Shown piece after piece: positions 22,056-35,300 of a stretch of 64,000 bases of DNA. The notes beneath the pieces were generated by a model, which saw nothing but the letters and a program-made list of their open reading frames with translations, made no database searches and was not told the origin of the DNA. Each line of letters opens with the position of its first letter. Positions within the stretch are counted from its first letter, which is position 1. The stretch covers positions 1,184,001 through 1,248,000 of the forward strand of contig OZ250173.1 in the NCBI GenBank assembly GCA_965238075.1. Reading direction: 5' to 3'. This stretch comes from Candidatus Entotheonellaceae bacterium. GTDB taxonomy: Bacteria > Tectomicrobia > Entotheonellia > Entotheonellales > Entotheonellaceae. The translations under genes and the position numbers were made by a program.

Positions 22056-23989
22056 ATGCCTGAATCCTATGACGCCGCAGCCATTGAGGTCCTCAGCGGC
22101 CTTGACCCCATCCGCAAACGCCCCAGCATGTTCACCGACACCACCCGTCCCAATCACCTGGCCCACGAAGTCATCGACAACAGCGTCGACGAAGCCATCG
22201 CCGGCCACGCCAGGCGCATCGACGTGACCCTGCACGAGGACAACTCCCTGGAGGTGCGCGACGACGGGCGCGGTATGCCCGTGGACTTGCACCCCGAGGA
22301 GCAGGTGCCGGGCGTGGAAGTCATCCTGACGCGCCTGCACGCCGGCGGTAAATTCTCCAACAAGAACTACCGCTTCTCGGGCGGCCTGCACGGCGTCGGC
22401 GTGTCGGTGGTCAATGCCCTTTCTCTACGCCTGGAAGTCGGAGTGCGGCGCGACGGTCAGGAATACCGCATGACGTTCGCCAATGGGGAAAAGACGTCGG
22501 AACTGGAAGGGGTGGGACCTTGCGGCCGCCGCACCGGCACCACCGTGCGCTTCTGGCCCAACGCCACGTACTTCGAAACCGTCAACTTCTCCCTGCCGCA
22601 CCTGCTGCACATCCTGCGCGCCAAGGCCGTCCTGTGCCCCGGCCTGCAGGTAAAATTTCGCAACGCCAAGACCGGCGAGCAGATGGCGTGGCATTACCAG
22701 GACGGCCTCCGGGCGTACCTGCTCGACACCCTGGACGGCTCGCCCTGCCTGCCGGAGAATGCCTTCGTGGGCCGCATGGCAGACGCGCAGGAGACGGCCG
22801 ATTGGGCTGTCGCGTGGCTGCCGGAGGGCGGCGTCCCACAGCGAGCGCCGGCGAGCGTATTAGATGAGTCAGGGCAAGCGCAGCAAGCGGTGACGGAGAG
22901 CTACGTCAACCTGATTCCCACCCCGCAAGGCGGCACGCACGTCAACGGTCTGCGCACCGGGCTCACCGAAGCCATCCGCGAGTTTTGCGAGTTTCGCAAC
23001 CTGCTGCCGCGCGGCGTGCGCCTGGCCCCCGAGGACGTGTGGGAATCGTGCAGCTACCTGCTGTCGGTCAAGCTGCACGATCCGCAGTTCACCGGCCAGA
23101 CCAAGGAACGCCTCGCTTCGCGCCAGTGCGCCGCCTTCGTTTCCGGCGCCGTCAAGGACGCCCTCAGCCTGTGGCTGCACCAGCACACCGAGGTCGGCGA
23201 GCAGGTGGCGCTGCTGGTCATCCGCAACGCCCAGAAACGCCTGCAAAGCAGCAAGAAAGTGGTGCGCAAGCGCATCACCACCGGCCCCACTCTGCCCGGC
23301 AAGCTGACCGACTGCACGGCGCAGGACCTGGCGCGCACCGAGTTGTTCCTGGTCGAGGGCGATTCCGCCGGCGGCTCCACCAAGCAGGCGCGCAACAAGG
23401 AATTCCAGGCCGTCATGCCCCTGCGCGGCAAAATCCTCAACACCTGGGAGGTCGATCCCGCCCAGGTGCTAGGCTCGCAGGAGGTGCATGACATCTCCCT
23501 GGCCATCGGCGTCGAGCCGGGTTCGCACAACCTCGACGATCTGCGCTACGGCAAGATCTGCATCCTCGCCGACGCCGACTCCGACGGCGCCCACATCGCC
23601 ACCCTGCTGTGCGCCCTGTTCGTGCGTCATTTCCGGCCGCTGGTCAGTGCCGGCCACGTCTACGTCGCCATGCCGCCGCTGTACCGTGTCGACGTGGGAC
23701 AGGATGTCTTCTACGCCCTCGACGCCGCCGAGCGTGACGGCATTCTCAACCGCATCGCCGCCGAACGCCCCAAGGGCAAGCCAACCGTGCTGCGCTTCAA
23801 GGGCCTCGGCGAGATGAACCCCCTGCAATTGCGCCACACCACCCTGAACCCCGACACCCGCCGCCTGGTGCAGCTCACCATCGAGCCGGGCGACGACACC
23901 TCTTCCCTCATGGACATGCTCCTGGCCAAGAAACGCGCCGCCGACCGCAAGGCGTGGCTGGAGCACAACGGCAACCTGGCGGAGGTGTA

Positions 23990-23990
<1 letters not shown>
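22056..23990 (+). CDS. parE: DNA topoisomerase IV subunit B
   Basis: [56 protein letters not shown]. Confidence 0.95.
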
Positions 23991-26308
<2,318 letters not shown>

Positions 26309-26404
26309 CCGAACTTTGTGATACCATGCCCCGCCTAGTCGATGCTTGGGTATGGGAAACGCTGTGGCGGTCGCGGAGAATCTTTTGACCAGGGGAGAGA
26401 TGGA

Positions 26405-27604
26405 ATGATGCGATGGTTGCTCGTGGTGCTCGGCATCCTGGCGATGCTGCCAACGTGGACGGCGGCCGAGGAGCCGACGCTGACCGTGACGATGCGGTTG
26501 GCGGAGGCCGAGTGGGAGGTGATGCGGCGGGACATCCTGCCGACGTTCGAAATCCTTTGCGCTTGCAAGGTGCGCGCCATCGACGTGCCGCCGGAGGCCC
26601 TGGTGCAGCGGCTGAAGGCCATGCAACAGGCCGGACGCATGGACATTGACCTCTTCGCCCAGGACAACATGCGGCTGCAGGAACTGGTAGACGCCGGGTT
26701 GGTCTCCCCCCTGACGGATGAGGAATCTGAGATGTCTGAGGCGGTGTACCCGGCCTTGAAGGCCGCCGGCGTCATCGACGAGCAGCGCTACTTCGTTCCC
26801 TTCCGGCCCAACGTGCAGATCGCTTACTACAACGCCGACAAGTTCGCCGAGTACGATCTGCAGCCGCCGCGCACCTGGCCGGAGCTCCTCGCCGTGGCGC
26901 GTGCCTTCGCGGAGCGGGACGGCATCGGCAGGGTGCTGTTCAAAGGCGCGGGTGGGGCGCCGACGACCACCCAGCTCTACGAATGGATCGTTGCCGGTGG
27001 CGGTGACCCGTTTGACTTTGCCCATCCCGGCACCGTCGCCACGTTCGAGTTTCTGGCGTCCTTGCGCCCCTACCTTTCTCCTGAATCGCGCCGCGCCAAG
27101 TGGGACACGACCAACGACGCCCTGGCCCAGGACGCCGCCTTTCTGGCCCAGAATTGGCCGTTCGGCGTGCCGCTGCTGGTGAAGGATTACGGCAAGACGG
27201 CCATTCGCACCTATAGCGGTTGGGCCGGCCCGGCGCGGCAGGCGCACGTCATCGGCGGCGACGTGCTGGGCATTCCGGTCGGCGCTGGTAATCGGCGGCT
27301 GGCCCTGGCGATGATCCAATTCCTGCAAAGCCACATGGTGCAGGAAGCGCTAAGCGAGCGGCTTGGCTGGCCCAGCCTGCGTTCGGACGTTCGCACCGCC
27401 ACCGAGGCGTGGATGCGCCCGCACGCCGAGTCCGTCCAGGAAGCCCTGAGCCACGGCGTTTTTCGCGCCAACGTTGGCTACTGGGCCGATTACGAACGCC
27501 TCGCTAATGAGGCCGTACAGCGCATCCTGTGGCGCGCCGAGGCCCCTGCAACGGTGCTGCCGCCCCTCGCCGCACGCCTTGACGCTCTGAGGAAGCGTGA
27601 GTGA
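26405..27604 (+). CDS. Carbohydrate ABC transporter substrate-binding protein
   Basis: Signal peptide; YYNADK, PPRTWPEL, NWPF, IGGDVLGIP. Confidence 0.85.
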   Translation: MMRWLLVVLGILAMLPTWTAAEEPTLTVTMRLAEAEWEVMRRDILPTFEILCACKVRAIDVPPEALVQRLKAMQQAGRMDIDLFAQDNMRLQELVDAGLVSPLTDEESEMSEAVYPALKAAGVIDEQRYFVPFRPNVQIAYYNADKFAEYDLQPPRTWPELLAVARAFAERDGIGRVLFKGAGGAPTTTQLYEWIVAGGGDPFDFAHPGTVATFEFLASLRPYLSPESRRAKWDTTNDALAQDAAFLAQNWPFGVPLLVKDYGKTAIRTYSGWAGPARQAHVIGGDVLGIPVGAGNRRLALAMIQFLQSHMVQEALSERLGWPSLRSDVRTATEAWMRPHAESVQEALSHGVFRANVGYWADYERLANEAVQRILWRAEAPATVLPPLAARLDALRKRE

Positions 27605-28503
27605 AATGGCGTCATCACTCGCTGACGCTCGTGCCGGCATTCAATACGCCCCGCCGACGCTCGTTGACTCGCTACGCGGGGCTGTGCCTCGGCTTGGCGC
27701 CCCTCACCCTGTACCTCGCTGCTCTGACCCTCGTTCCCGTTATCTCCACCCTGCTGCTCAGCCTGCAAACGCCGCAAGGCGACTGGGGGCTGGCGGCCTA
27801 CCGCGCTATCATCTCGCACTACCAGTTCGGCGAGGCCGTTGCCAACACGCTGCTGGTGACGGCCCTCGGGCTCAGCCTGGAATTGGCCCTCGGCTTGGCC
27901 GCGGCGCTGGCCTTGGCGGAACGCCGGCGCGCCCAGGGATGGGTGCGCGTCGCCTTGCTGGTACCGCTGGGGGTGCCGACGATCGTCGCCGCCTCGGCAA
28001 TGCGATACATTTTTGGCACCGTCGGCTATCTGAATGAGGTACTGTACCGCCTGGGGGTGATCGACCTGCCCATCGACTGGACCGGCAGCCGCTGGCTGGC
28101 CGTGGCCACGGTGGCCGTAGCCGACGCCTGGAAGGTCACGCCCCTGGTCATGCTCATCCTGCTCGCCGGCCTGCAAGCCATCCCCCGCCAGTTCTACGAA
28201 GCCGCCCGCACCGACGGCGCCACGCCGTGGCAGCAATTCCGCCGCATCACCCTGCCCCTGCTACGGCCTGCCATCACCATGGCGCTGATCGTACGCGGCG
28301 TGGACGCGTTCCGCATCTTCGCCCTGCCGCTGGCGCTGACCGGGCGCAGCCTGCCGGTCCTGTCCACCTATGCCTACGTCGAATACCTGGAGTACGGCAA
28401 CCCGCACACCGCGGCGGCGAGCAGTACCCTGCTATTGCTGATGATTCTGGTGGCCGTGGCCGCTTACCTGAAGCTCGCCGGACGCGAGGACGTGCTGCGG
28501 TGA
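27601..28503 (+). CDS. Carbohydrate ABC permease
   Basis: DAWKVTP...LAGLQAIP...YEAARTDGA EAA loop. Confidence 0.85.
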   Translation: MKWRHHSLTLVPAFNTPRRRSLTRYAGLCLGLAPLTLYLAALTLVPVISTLLLSLQTPQGDWGLAAYRAIISHYQFGEAVANTLLVTALGLSLELALGLAAALALAERRRAQGWVRVALLVPLGVPTIVAASAMRYIFGTVGYLNEVLYRLGVIDLPIDWTGSRWLAVATVAVADAWKVTPLVMLILLAGLQAIPRQFYEAARTDGATPWQQFRRITLPLLRPAITMALIVRGVDAFRIFALPLALTGRSLPVLSTYAYVEYLEYGNPHTAAASSTLLLLMILVAVAAYLKLAGREDVLR

Positions 28504-29297
28504 GGCGTTTGCGGTTGCCGTTCCTGCTGGTGCTGGTGCTGTTCGCCGCCGCGCCGCTCTACGGGCTGCTGAAAATTTCGCTGAGCCCGCCGGCCGAGGT
28601 GATGACCGCGCACCCGACGCTGGTGCCGCACGATCTCACGTGGCGCCACTGGCAGCGCGTGCTCGAGGGCGGCCAGATTGGTGCGCCGCTGCGCAAAAGC
28701 CTACTGGTAGCCACCGTTACTACCGCGCTGGCGCTGCTTCTGGCCGGTCCGGCGGCGTACACTCTGGTGCAGTTGCCGCTGCGCTGGCGCTACGGGGTTC
28801 TGACTGGCCTGTTTCTCTGCCGCATGCTGCCGGAGGTCAGCGTGGCCATGCCCATCGCCGTGGTGTTCTTGCGCTGGGGTCTGATGGACACCGCCCTCGG
28901 CCTCACGCTGGCCCACCTGCCGATGGCACTGCCGGTCGCCGCCTGGGTTCTCACCACCGCCTTCGGGAACATCCCGCGCGACGTGGAAGAGGCCGCCGCC
29001 TTGGACGGCTGCAACCTGTGGCGCACCCTGGCGTACGTCATCATCCCCCTCGCCCTGCCCGGTGTCATCGTCGCCGCCCTGCTCGTCTGGCTGCTGTCGT
29101 GGGAGGAGTTCGTGCTGGCCACCTACCTTACCCTCGGCGATAAAACCATGTCGCTGCAGGTCTACTACTACCTATACCAGGGCAACGCCTTCGTCACCGC
29201 TGTCGCCGCCGTGATCATGACAGTCCCGGTGCTGCTGCTCAGCGCGCTGCTGCAGCGCTTCGTCCGGGAAACGAGTCTGGCGGGCGTGGTACGGTGA
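28500..29297 (+). CDS. Carbohydrate ABC permease
   Basis: IPRDVEEAAALDGC EAA loop; GTGA overlap with upstream gene. Confidence 0.85.
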   Translation: MRRLRLPFLLVLVLFAAAPLYGLLKISLSPPAEVMTAHPTLVPHDLTWRHWQRVLEGGQIGAPLRKSLLVATVTTALALLLAGPAAYTLVQLPLRWRYGVLTGLFLCRMLPEVSVAMPIAVVFLRWGLMDTALGLTLAHLPMALPVAAWVLTTAFGNIPRDVEEAAALDGCNLWRTLAYVIIPLALPGVIVAALLVWLLSWEEFVLATYLTLGDKTMSLQVYYYLYQGNAFVTAVAAVIMTVPVLLLSALLQRFVRETSLAGVVR

Positions 29298-29489
29298 GTC
29301 AGCCACATTTCCTGACCTCTCTGTGTGTCCTGTTCAGGGGCACGATTTGTTTTGCAGCAATGGGGCCTTGATCGTACACTGCGGGCGTGACACAGACCCT
29401 CATCGGCAACACCCGCTGCTCCGCCGACAAGCAAGACCTCAGTGCCCAGCGGCGGGCCCTGTGGGACCTCGGCGTTTCTCCCAATCACA

Positions 29490-29699
29490 TCGCTACCGAC
29501 CACGGTCTGACCGTGACCAGCCGCGCTCGCCCGCGCCCCCGGCGTTAACCGGGTTCAGATCGTAGAAATCGAGGCAGGCCGCAACAGCAGCTCGGTTCAC
29601 ATTCTTCGTAAGCTGGCCGATGCTCTCGGGATCACTGTGGACGACGTGATTCCGGTGGCAGACGGCGAGGCTTGCCAAAACAAGGACGTAACACGCTGA
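29490..29699 (+). pseudogene. XRE-family HTH regulator remnant
   Basis: Manual translation AALARAPGVNRVQIVEIEAGRNSSSVHILRKLADALGITVDDVI; frame broken just upstream at a TGACC duplication. Confidence 0.6.
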
Positions 29700-29709
29700 G
29701 GTGATCGTC

Positions 29710-29907
29710 ATGACCAACAAGGAAACCCTGCGGTACCTGGTAACGGAAATGGCCGGCGCGACACTGTCGGAAGCGGAATGGGCGCAGGTGGAGACGCAGG
29801 CGGAAGTGTTGCAAACCGGGTTGAGGGCATTGGATGCGCTCGACCTAAGCGCGGCCGAGCCTGCGGTCGAGTTTGACTGTTCTGAGGAAAACGGCCATGG
29901 CGAATGA
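29710..29907 (+). CDS. Small acidic protein, putative amidase accessory subunit
   Basis: 65 aa ending LDLSAAEPAVEF; overlaps amidase start. Confidence 0.55.
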   Translation: MTNKETLRYLVTEMAGATLSEAEWAQVETQAEVLQTGLRALDALDLSAAEPAVEFDCSEENGHGE

Positions 29908-31315
29908 AGAATTGACCAGCGGGACGATTGCGGACATGGCGGCGCGCCTGCGCCAGGGCGAGGTGTCGCCGGTGGAAGTGACCGTCGCGCATCTGGCGCG
30001 CATCGAACGGCTGAACGAGACGCTGAAGGCGTATCTGACGGTGTTGCCGGAGCGCGCCATGGCCGCGGCGCGCCGGGCCGAAGCGGAAATACGGGGCGGC
30101 CAGTACCGGGGGCCATTGCACGGTGTGCCGGTGGCGGTGAAGGACCTATACGCCATCAAGGGCGAGCGCATGACCTGCGGCTCGACCATCATGGCGGAGC
30201 ACGTCGCCGAGCAGCAAGCAACCGTGAATCAGCGGCTGGAGGACGCCGGCGCTATTTTGCTGGGCACGCTGAACATGCACGAATTCGCCTGGGGCGGCAC
30301 CTCCATCAATCCGCACTACGGCACGCCGCGCAACCCGTGGGACGGCGAGCGCATTCCGGGCGGCTCCAGCGGCGGCTCAGGAGTGGCCACGGGGGCAGGA
30401 TTGGCCATGGCCACGCTGGGTTCGGACACCGGCGGCTCGATACGCATTCCGGCCTCGCTGAGCGGCGTGGTGGGCCTGAAACCGACTTACGGACGGGTGA
30501 GCCGCCACGGCGTTTACCCGCTGTGCTGGTCGCTGGATCACCCCGGCCCGCTGACCCGCAGTGTCGCCGACGCCGCGCTCATGCTGCAGGCCATCGCCGG
30601 ACACGATGCCAACGACCCTACCACCAGCCGCCTGCCCGTGCCGGATTATGCGCAGCAACTCACGGGCGACGTGCGCGGTTTGCGCGTCGGCGTGCCGCGC
30701 GCGCTGTTCTTTGATCAGATCGACCCGCAGGTGGCCGCGGCGGTGGAAGCCGCGGTGGCCGCATTGGACGGCCTCGGCGCCGCCTGCGTGGACGTGGACC
30801 TGCCGCTCATGCGCCACGTTCCGACCGCCTCGCTGACGTTAATGGTCGTGGAAGCATACGCGGTGCACGAAACCCTGCTGCGCAACCACTCGCAGGCATA
30901 CGGCTCCGATGTCCGCGTCCGCCTGGCGCTCGGCGCCACGGTCACCGGCGCGCAATACCTCAAGGCGCAGCGCTTCCGCTCGCTCCTGACCCAGGAGGTC
31001 TCGGAAGTCTTGCAGTCGGTGGACGCCCTCGTTACCCCCACAACCCTGATGACCGCCGCCCGCGTCGATGAGCCCGTGGTGCGCATCGCCGGGGAGGATG
31101 TCGTGGTGGCCGCCAACCTGGCGCGCTTCACCCGCGCCTTCAACATGACCGGCTCGCCGGCGCTGTCGCTGCCCTGTGGATTTGACGACAGGGGCCTTCC
31201 CATCGGCCTGCAGATCGTCGGGCGGCCGTTCGACGAGGGCACCGTGCTGCGCCTGGCGCACGCCTATGAGCAGCACACCCCATGGCACCAGCGGGCGCCG
31301 GTTCTGCCGGGGTGA
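29897..31315 (+). CDS. Amidase-signature family amidase
   Basis: LHGVPVAVKD, GGSSGGS, GSDTGGSIRIPAS. Confidence 0.9.
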   Translation: MANEELTSGTIADMAARLRQGEVSPVEVTVAHLARIERLNETLKAYLTVLPERAMAAARRAEAEIRGGQYRGPLHGVPVAVKDLYAIKGERMTCGSTIMAEHVAEQQATVNQRLEDAGAILLGTLNMHEFAWGGTSINPHYGTPRNPWDGERIPGGSSGGSGVATGAGLAMATLGSDTGGSIRIPASLSGVVGLKPTYGRVSRHGVYPLCWSLDHPGPLTRSVADAALMLQAIAGHDANDPTTSRLPVPDYAQQLTGDVRGLRVGVPRALFFDQIDPQVAAAVEAAVAALDGLGAACVDVDLPLMRHVPTASLTLMVVEAYAVHETLLRNHSQAYGSDVRVRLALGATVTGAQYLKAQRFRSLLTQEVSEVLQSVDALVTPTTLMTAARVDEPVVRIAGEDVVVAANLARFTRAFNMTGSPALSLPCGFDDRGLPIGLQIVGRPFDEGTVLRLAHAYEQHTPWHQRAPVLPG

Positions 31316-31332
31316 CCGGGGAGGGAGGCGTC

Positions 31333-32280
31333 ATGAAAGCCGTCTACGTCGAGCAAACGGGCCCGCCGGAGGTGCTGATTTACGGCGACTTGCCGGCGCC
31401 GAGGCCGGGGCCGAACGACGTGCTGATCGGTGTGGCCGCCACATCGCTGAACCGCCTGGACATTTTCATGCGGGAAGGGTCGCACGGCACCCGCATCAGC
31501 CCGCCGCATATCCTGGGACGGGACATCGCCGGCGAGGTGGCGGGGCTCGGCTCCGAGGTGCAGGGCTTCCAGATCGGCGACCGCGTCGTCGCCAGCGGCA
31601 CCGGCAGTTACGCGGAATACGCCGTGGCCCCCGCCGAGCGCACCTTTCATCTCACGCAGAACTGTTCGTACGACGAGGCCGGGGCGCTGCCCACGGCGGG
31701 GCTGACGGCGTATCAGATGCTGATCAACCGCGCCCGCGTCCGGCCTGGGGAAAGGGTGCTGGTGATGGCCGCCGGCAGCGGCGTCAGCAGCTTCGCCGTG
31801 CAGATCGCCAAGGCCGTTGGCGCGCGCGTCATCGCCACCGCAGGGAGCGGCGACAAGCTGAGCCAGGCGCGTCTGATCGGTGCCGAGGCGGTGATCAACC
31901 ACTACACGGAGGACGTGAGCGCACGGGTACGGGAACTGACCGACGGCGAGGGGGTGGACGTGATCATCGAGCACGTCGGCGCCGCGGTGTGGCCGGCCTG
32001 CTTCCGCAGCCTCGCCGTGAACGGTCGCCTGGTGACCTGCGGCGTCACTGCCGGTCATCGCGTCGACTTGCATCTGGGACAGGTGTTTACACGCGCTTTG
32101 AGCATCATGGGGGTTGGGCGCGGCTCACCCGACGACATGCGCGAACTGCTGCGGCTCGTCGATCTGGGCCGCATACGTTCGGTCATCCACCAGCGTTTTC
32201 CCCTGCGGGACGCCGCGGCGGCGCACCGCCTGCTGGAAAGCTCCGCGTTTTTCGGCAAGGTGGTGCTCAACCCGGCGTGA
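31333..32280 (+). CDS. MDR-family NADPH:quinone oxidoreductase-like protein
   Basis: GPPEVL, HILGRD, AAGSGV, GKVVL. Confidence 0.85.
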   Translation: MKAVYVEQTGPPEVLIYGDLPAPRPGPNDVLIGVAATSLNRLDIFMREGSHGTRISPPHILGRDIAGEVAGLGSEVQGFQIGDRVVASGTGSYAEYAVAPAERTFHLTQNCSYDEAGALPTAGLTAYQMLINRARVRPGERVLVMAAGSGVSSFAVQIAKAVGARVIATAGSGDKLSQARLIGAEAVINHYTEDVSARVRELTDGEGVDVIIEHVGAAVWPACFRSLAVNGRLVTCGVTAGHRVDLHLGQVFTRALSIMGVGRGSPDDMRELLRLVDLGRIRSVIHQRFPLRDAAAAHRLLESSAFFGKVVLNPA

Positions 32281-32341
32281 TGCGCTGCAAGGCCGCTTTT
32301 ATGGGCCTTTGCTCAAGACGCGTGAAAGGAGAGAAAGACGG

Positions 32342-35300
32342 ATGCCGAAACGGGACATTGAGACCTACGCGCATGCCGATAAGGAGCGCGTCAACAACCC
32401 GCCTGTCGGCTTGGTCACGCCGGAGACCGACCGCGACGCGGGTCGCAGGACCTACGCCCACGACCCGCACCTGGACCCGCAACTCTCCTGGGCCGGCAAG
32501 GCGGAGCATACGTCGTTCGAGGTGCCGACCGTGTCGCTGCACGTGCACGAACGGATCGACCCGCGCACCATCGTCGAAGCGGTGCGCAAGCGCAACGGCG
32601 TGCAACCGCAGATGTCCTTGTTCGCCGCGCCGAAGGACAACCCGCCGCTGCGCCCGGCTATCGAGTTCTACCGGCACCGCCACAACTGGAGCAACCGCCT
32701 GATTGCGGGCGACAGCCTGCTAGTCATGAACGGCCTGATCGAGAAGGAGGGTCTCGGCGGGCAGGTGCAGACGGTCTACCTCGACCCGCCCTACGGCATC
32801 CGTTACGGCTCCAACTTCCAGCCCTTCGTAAACCGGCGCGAGGTCACCGACGGCAAGGACGAGGACCTGACCGGCGAGCCGGAGCAGATTCGCGCCTTCC
32901 GGGACACCTGGGAACTCGGCATTCACTCCTACCTCGCGTACCTCCGGGACCGCTTGCTGCTGGCACGCGAGTTGCTGCACGCGAGCGGAAGCTGTTTCGT
33001 GCAGATAGGCGATGAGAACGTCCATTGCGTTGGCATGGCCATGGACGAGATCTTCGGGGCCGAGAACAGGGTGGCTACCATCTCCTACGCGACCACGGGC
33101 GGCAGTTCAGCCAACACGCTCCCGCAGGTGGCCGACTATCTGCTGTGGTATGCCAGGGATCGGAGGCGCGTGAAGTATCGGCAATTGTATGAACCTCTGA
33201 CGCGAGCCGAAGTGATCCAATTTTTCAGTTCATATGTCATGGTTGAGCTGCCCGGCGGAGAGTGCCGCAAACCGACCCTGGAAGAGTGTTTCGACCCAAA
33301 TAGTTATCTGCCGGAAGGGACGCGCATCTATCGCCGCATGCCTTTGTTATCGCGGGGCGGCTCCACGACCGGCCGCTCAGAGCCCTATGAGTGGAACAGT
33401 CAAGTCTTTCATTGCCCAACGGGTCAGCAGTGGCGGGTATCAAATCCGGAAGGGCTGGACCGGCTGGCTGAGTTAGGCCGACTGGATGCTGCTGGAGCCC
33501 AAAGTTCCTTAAGTTGGAAACGATACGAAGACGAGGTTCCCGGTCGGCGCATCAACAATATCTGGGCGCCGCCGATGTCGCCTAAAGACAAGCACTATGT
33601 AGTCGAAACCGCAACCAGCGTCATCCAGCGCTGCATCCTGATGACTACTGACCCCGGCGACCTAGTATTCGATCCTACCTGCGGCTCCGGCACCACCGCC
33701 TATGTCGCCGAACAATGGGGCCGGCGCTGGATGACCTGCGACACCTCGCGGGTAGCTATCGCTATTGCCCGGCAGCGGCTGATGACCTCAAATTACGACT
33801 ACTACGAGCTGGCCCATCCCGACGAGGGTGTCGGCGCCGGGTTCCGCTACCGCAGCGTTGCCACCGTCTCGGCGCGGATCCTGGGCTACGACGAGCCGCC
33901 CAATAGAACCCTGCTCTACGACCAGCCCCATAGCGACCGCAAGAAGGCCCGTGTCACCGGTCCGTTCACCGTGGAGGCGGTGCCGGCTCCCGTCGTCACG
34001 ACGGTAGACGAGATCATGGATGCTCCTCCTGCCCCTGACGTAAGCACCGCCGACCTGTCCATCGCCCGCTCCGGCGAAACCCTGCGGCAAAGCGACTGGC
34101 GCGACGAATTGCTCAAGACCGGCATTCGCGGCAAAGCAGGGCAGCGCATCTCGTTCGCGCGGCTGGAACCATTGCCGGGAACCCGCTGGCTGCACGCCGA
34201 GGGCGAGACGCACCCGGACGCCGCCGGCGCCGACCACGTGCATGAATCCGCCACCGCCTACGCGCCCACGCCTCTTGTGGTCTCGTTCGGGCCGCACCAC
34301 GCACCGCTGGAGCAGCGGCAGGTCGCCCGTGCCATCGAGGAGGCGCAAAGCCTCGTCCCGAAGCCGAAGATCATCATCTTCGCGGCGTTTCAGTTCGACC
34401 CCGAGGCGGCCAAGGACATCGACGAGACCCACTGGCCGGGCGTCACGCTGCTCAAGGCGCAGATGAACGCCGACTTGCTGACCGAGGACCTGAAGAAGAA
34501 GCGGGCAAGCAACGAGAGCTTCTGGCTGATCGGCCAGCCGGAGGTGGAAGTTTCGAGTTTTCAGTTTTTTGTTTTTGGTGAGGGGCAGCGGAGGATTGGC
34601 GAATATGGAGCGTTCAAGAAGCTATCGGGACTTGATCGTCTGGAAGAGATCAATCGGCTTGATTGGCAAGCTCTATTCCTATACGCGCTCCTTTCCCAGG
34701 GAAGAGACGTATGGCATTACCTCGCAGATACGCAGGGCTGGGATTTCGATAGCGGCCAATATCGCGGAAGGCCAGGCCAGAAACACGAGCGGGGAGTTCC
34801 GGCAGTTTCTTGGAATAGCCCAAGGCTCGTTGGCGGAATTGGAAACGCTACTGACGATCTCGCAGAATTTGGGATATATGACCTCGCCGGAGGCCGAAGG
34901 GTTATTCAGCGACTGCGAGGCGATCGGCAGGTTGTTGGCAGGCTTGCAGAAGTCGCTGAAGCCCTGAATTTTCCCATCCAACCCCGCACTCAAAACTATC
35001 AACTCAAAACTCAAAACTTGCACAGCCTCGCCGTGCACGGCTTCGACTACTACAACACCAAGACCGGCAACGTCGAATCCGGCGGCTCGGAACGTATCGC
35101 CCTGTGGATGCTCGACCCGGACTATGACGGGCGCAGCCTGTTTCCGCGCCAGGTGTTCTTCCCCACGGCCGGCGGCAATGGAGGCTGGGCGAGATTGGCC
35201 CGCCATCTCAAGGCCGAGATCGACGAGAGCCGGATGGAAGCCTATCGGGGCACCGTCTCGCTGCCGTTTGAGGCGGGGGAGCATCGACGGGCGGCGGTGA

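Noticed and set aside
29710-31315. gatC-gatA
   Set aside because: There is no gatB and only generic amidase motifs are present.
32114-32341. Upstream-extended starts in the ORF track (also 111, 11870, 19009, 40927, 42685, 59165)
   Set aside because: The extensions overlap neighbouring genes, repeats or probable promoter regions; downstream starts fit RBS position and family N-termini better.
34605-34967. Diversity-generating retroelement (Avd-like gene)
   Set aside because: No reverse transcriptase and no TR/VR pair with adenine-specific mismatches are visible in the window.
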